NCBI GenBank assembly: GCA_050273025.1
Contig: CP158636.1
Coordinates: 6,324,001 to 6,388,000, forward strand
Length of the DNA: 64,000 nt
Origin: Cenococcum geophilum
Lineage: Eukaryota
Direction of reading: 5' to 3'
In this document: piece by piece, positions 61,770 through 64,000 of the stretch
Layout of the letters: the number at the start of each line of letters is the position of its first letter
Numbering within the stretch: the first letter of the stretch is position 1
Notes under the pieces: model-generated
What the model was told of the DNA's origin: nothing
What the model saw: the letters and a program-made list of their open reading frames with translations, nothing else
Databases searched by the model: none
Program-made: the position numbers and the translations under genes

Positions 61770-61956
61770 TGTCACGGCACTGACCTGACGCGTTGTTATG
61801 GCTTGTGTACGCGTATGCATGAGTACGGACCTGACCCCTGAGCGACGTGTATATATACCGCCTCACCTCCTACATAGATCCTCACACGACATCGTTTGTC
61901 AATGATATACAGTCACCTCGTACATCGTACCTTGACAGTCCGCACGTACTGTGACA
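61770..61956. mobile_element. Solo LTR (187 bp), un-RIPed, inserted in Gypsy copy B
   Basis: TGTCAC...GTGACA termini, 5-bp TSD CCTTA (61765-61769 / 61957-61961). The empty site is visible in copy A at ~57520-57535. Confidence 0.92.
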
Positions 61957-63101
61957 CCTTATACGGCCCTAGATTAACACTATTTACTAAGCTAATGCTA
62001 TACGTAGGGACTAGGCCTTTAAGAAAGATATATAGCTTAATCTATAATAGATCTATATACTACGCCGCCCCTAGACTACCTATATTACGCTACTCGTATT
62101 AAAGACCTAGGATGTTAATAATAACTTAGAAAAGCCCCCTATAGAGAGCTTAGGCCCTATATAGCTATAAAAAATAGCAAGGGATATTAAACGCTATACT
62201 AAACTAATAAATTAGAGGGATAACTTATGGAAAATAAAATAGGAGCTAAGAAAAATTATAAACCCTAAACTATAAAATATAGTTTAGTAAATAGCTATAA
62301 AGAGACCTATAGACCTCCCACTAGTTAATATCTGCTATATTAGCGCCGTATGTTTTTACTAGAACTTAGTTTAGCCTAATACTATTAGTTTTATAACTAG
62401 CTTATATAAAATTAACGAAATACTTAAGGAAAAGAAAAGTAAACTTAGTAGATAGGAAGGTAAGCTTATAGACAAGGAGCTAGTAGAATAGAAACTACCC
62501 TATTAATACTAGAAGTTTAAGGATTATTCTTTAAGGCAGTATCTAATAGACTCCCGCCTTACTAACCGTACGACTATAAAATTAAGATTAAACTAGATAA
62601 GGAAAATACCCTTAGCTTTAGCCCCCTTTACTAGCAGTCTATTACTAAATTATAGGCTATAAAGTAGTACCTTATTAATAACCTAAATAAGGGGTTTATT
62701 AAGCCTAGCTAAGCCCCTTTTAACTTACCTATTCTCTTTACTAAAAAGCCAAATAGAGGCCTTTGCTTCTGTATTAATTACTATAAGCTAAATAATATAA
62801 CCTATAAGGACTGCTATTTACTACCCCTACTTAATAAGATAATAGCCTAAATAAGTAGAGCTAAGGTCTTTATAAAGCTTAATATTTACTAGGCCTTCTA
62901 CTAAATTAAAATAAACCCTAGCTTAGAGAATCTTATTATATTTTAGACCTATTACAGAACGTATAAATATAAGGTACTACTTTTTAGGCTAACTAACGGA
63001 CCGGCTATATACCAACGGTATATAAACGATATACTTTTTAACTACCTTAACAACTTTTATACGGCCTAGCTAGATAATATTATAATCTACTTTAAGAATA
63101 A

Positions 63102-63467
63102 GGGGTCGTTTGGTTGCAATATGGAGGCCTTAGATTCCATTTTATAATGTGTTGATTCGGAGTAATTTTGTCTACACAGCCTTAAAATTTTAATGTTCCT
63201 CTCACCGCTCGCAAAACGCCAGAATAGCACGCTAAAAGATTGGCAACTTTACCATATATAGCTTCTGAAATGGAGCTCTTGGCGTCATTTTAATATAGAG
63301 CTTAAAGCTCCTTTTACAGATTCCAGTTTAATATAGAGGCTTTATATTTGCACACGTCCGTGCAACCCGTAGAGCCACAGACGCGTGTCAAATCGGGAAG
63401 GAACGCGTTCTTTCTGCCGGACTTTCAGTTCATATTCAATATGACGGTTTTGCAACCAAACAATCCC
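63102..63467. mobile_element. PIF/Harbinger (Tourist-like) MITE, 366 bp, largely un-RIPed
   Basis: TIR GGGGTCGTTTGGTTGCAA / TTGCAACCAAACAATCCC and TAA TSD (63099-63101 / 63468-63470). It interrupts RT just after the YLDD-equivalent motif. Confidence 0.92.
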
Positions 63468-64000
63468 TAAGCTAAAATATAAAGAGTACGTCTATAAAGT
63501 CCTCTAACGGCTCTACGAGGCTAGCCTCTAGGCCAATATTAAGAAATTGGAGTTTAGTGTTAAATATATAAAGTACTTAGGGTTTATTATTAGTATAAAT
63601 GGAATTAAAACGAACCTAGAGAAAACAGCCGTAATTACCTAGTAGGTATCCCTATGGACTGTAAGGGGGGTATAATTATTTCTAGGGTTCTATAACTTTT
63701 ACTAACGCTTTATTAAAGACTACAGCAAGACTACTAGGCCTCTTAACCGCCTTACTTAAAAAGACTAGCCCTTTTATTTTAATACCGTATATAGGTAGGC
63801 TTTTAATAAGCTTAAGAAACGACTAGTCTCCGCCCCTTTACTCGCTTACTTTAACCCAGAATAGCCCTTAATGCTAAAAACTAACGCCTTAAACAGTATT
63901 ATAGCTAGCATTTATTCCTAGAAGTAGACGGATAGAGAATAGTAACTTATTGCTTACTATTTAAAGACTATAGTAGATGCTAAGCTAAACTACCTAATTT

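Larger units (their letters stand above)
59737..64000 (+). mobile_element. Second Gypsy of the same family (copy B), opposite orientation, running off the window end
   Basis: 5' LTR at 59737-59973 is a diverged reverse complement of the copy A LTR. gag, protease and RT are collinear with the reverse complement of ~55860-59350. Confidence 0.93.

Noticed and set aside
53689..62102. ORFs 53689-54021, 55298-55540 and 61896-62102
   Set aside because: They lie in LTRs, antisense to Gypsy pol, or across the solo-LTR junction, so they are not independent genes.
1..64000. Alternative genetic code (TAA/TAG read-through) to explain the many stops
   Set aside because: Stops fall at Gln/Trp positions alongside parallel C>T/G>A missense changes, and paired repeats differ by transitions. 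This is the RIP signature, and the intact ORFs use the standard code.

Overview
Eukaryotic sequence, almost certainly from an ascomycete fungus. It is repeat-dense and AT-rich, and bears the marks of repeat-induced point mutation (RIP): CpA/TpG depleted, TpA enriched, and Gln/Trp codons turned into TAA/TAG. Only two long ORFs are intact: a 292-aa hypothetical gene in an un-RIPed island (8185-9063, minus strand) and a 458-aa LINE ORF1 (38042-39418). Target-site duplications (TSDs) and terminal repeats resolve the rest into a nested stack. A ~1.15-kb TIR element (9256-53617, 8-bp TSD) contains a Copia LTR element (9936-53138, TSD CTATC). The Copia contains (a) a chromoviral Gypsy (11435-21016, TSD CCTCT) carrying a Tad1-like LINE, and (b) a 27-kb DNA transposon (24139-51491, CATCAGG-type TIRs, 2-bp TSD AG). 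That transposon encodes a Plavaka/CACTA-type transposase, two diverged SNF2-family helicase genes, 75-bp repeat arrays and other decayed ORFs. It has itself received a foldback MITE, an ORF1-only LINE derivative with poly(A) and a 14-bp TSD, and a truncated LINE with the same 3' UTR. The left flank holds a truncated Gypsy and a LINE. The right flank holds two head-to-head copies of one Gypsy family, the second carrying a solo LTR and a PIF/Harbinger MITE. The most notable items are the giant SNF2-carrying Plavaka element and the ORF1-only LINE. All translations of decayed regions were done by eye and boundaries without TSDs are approximate.
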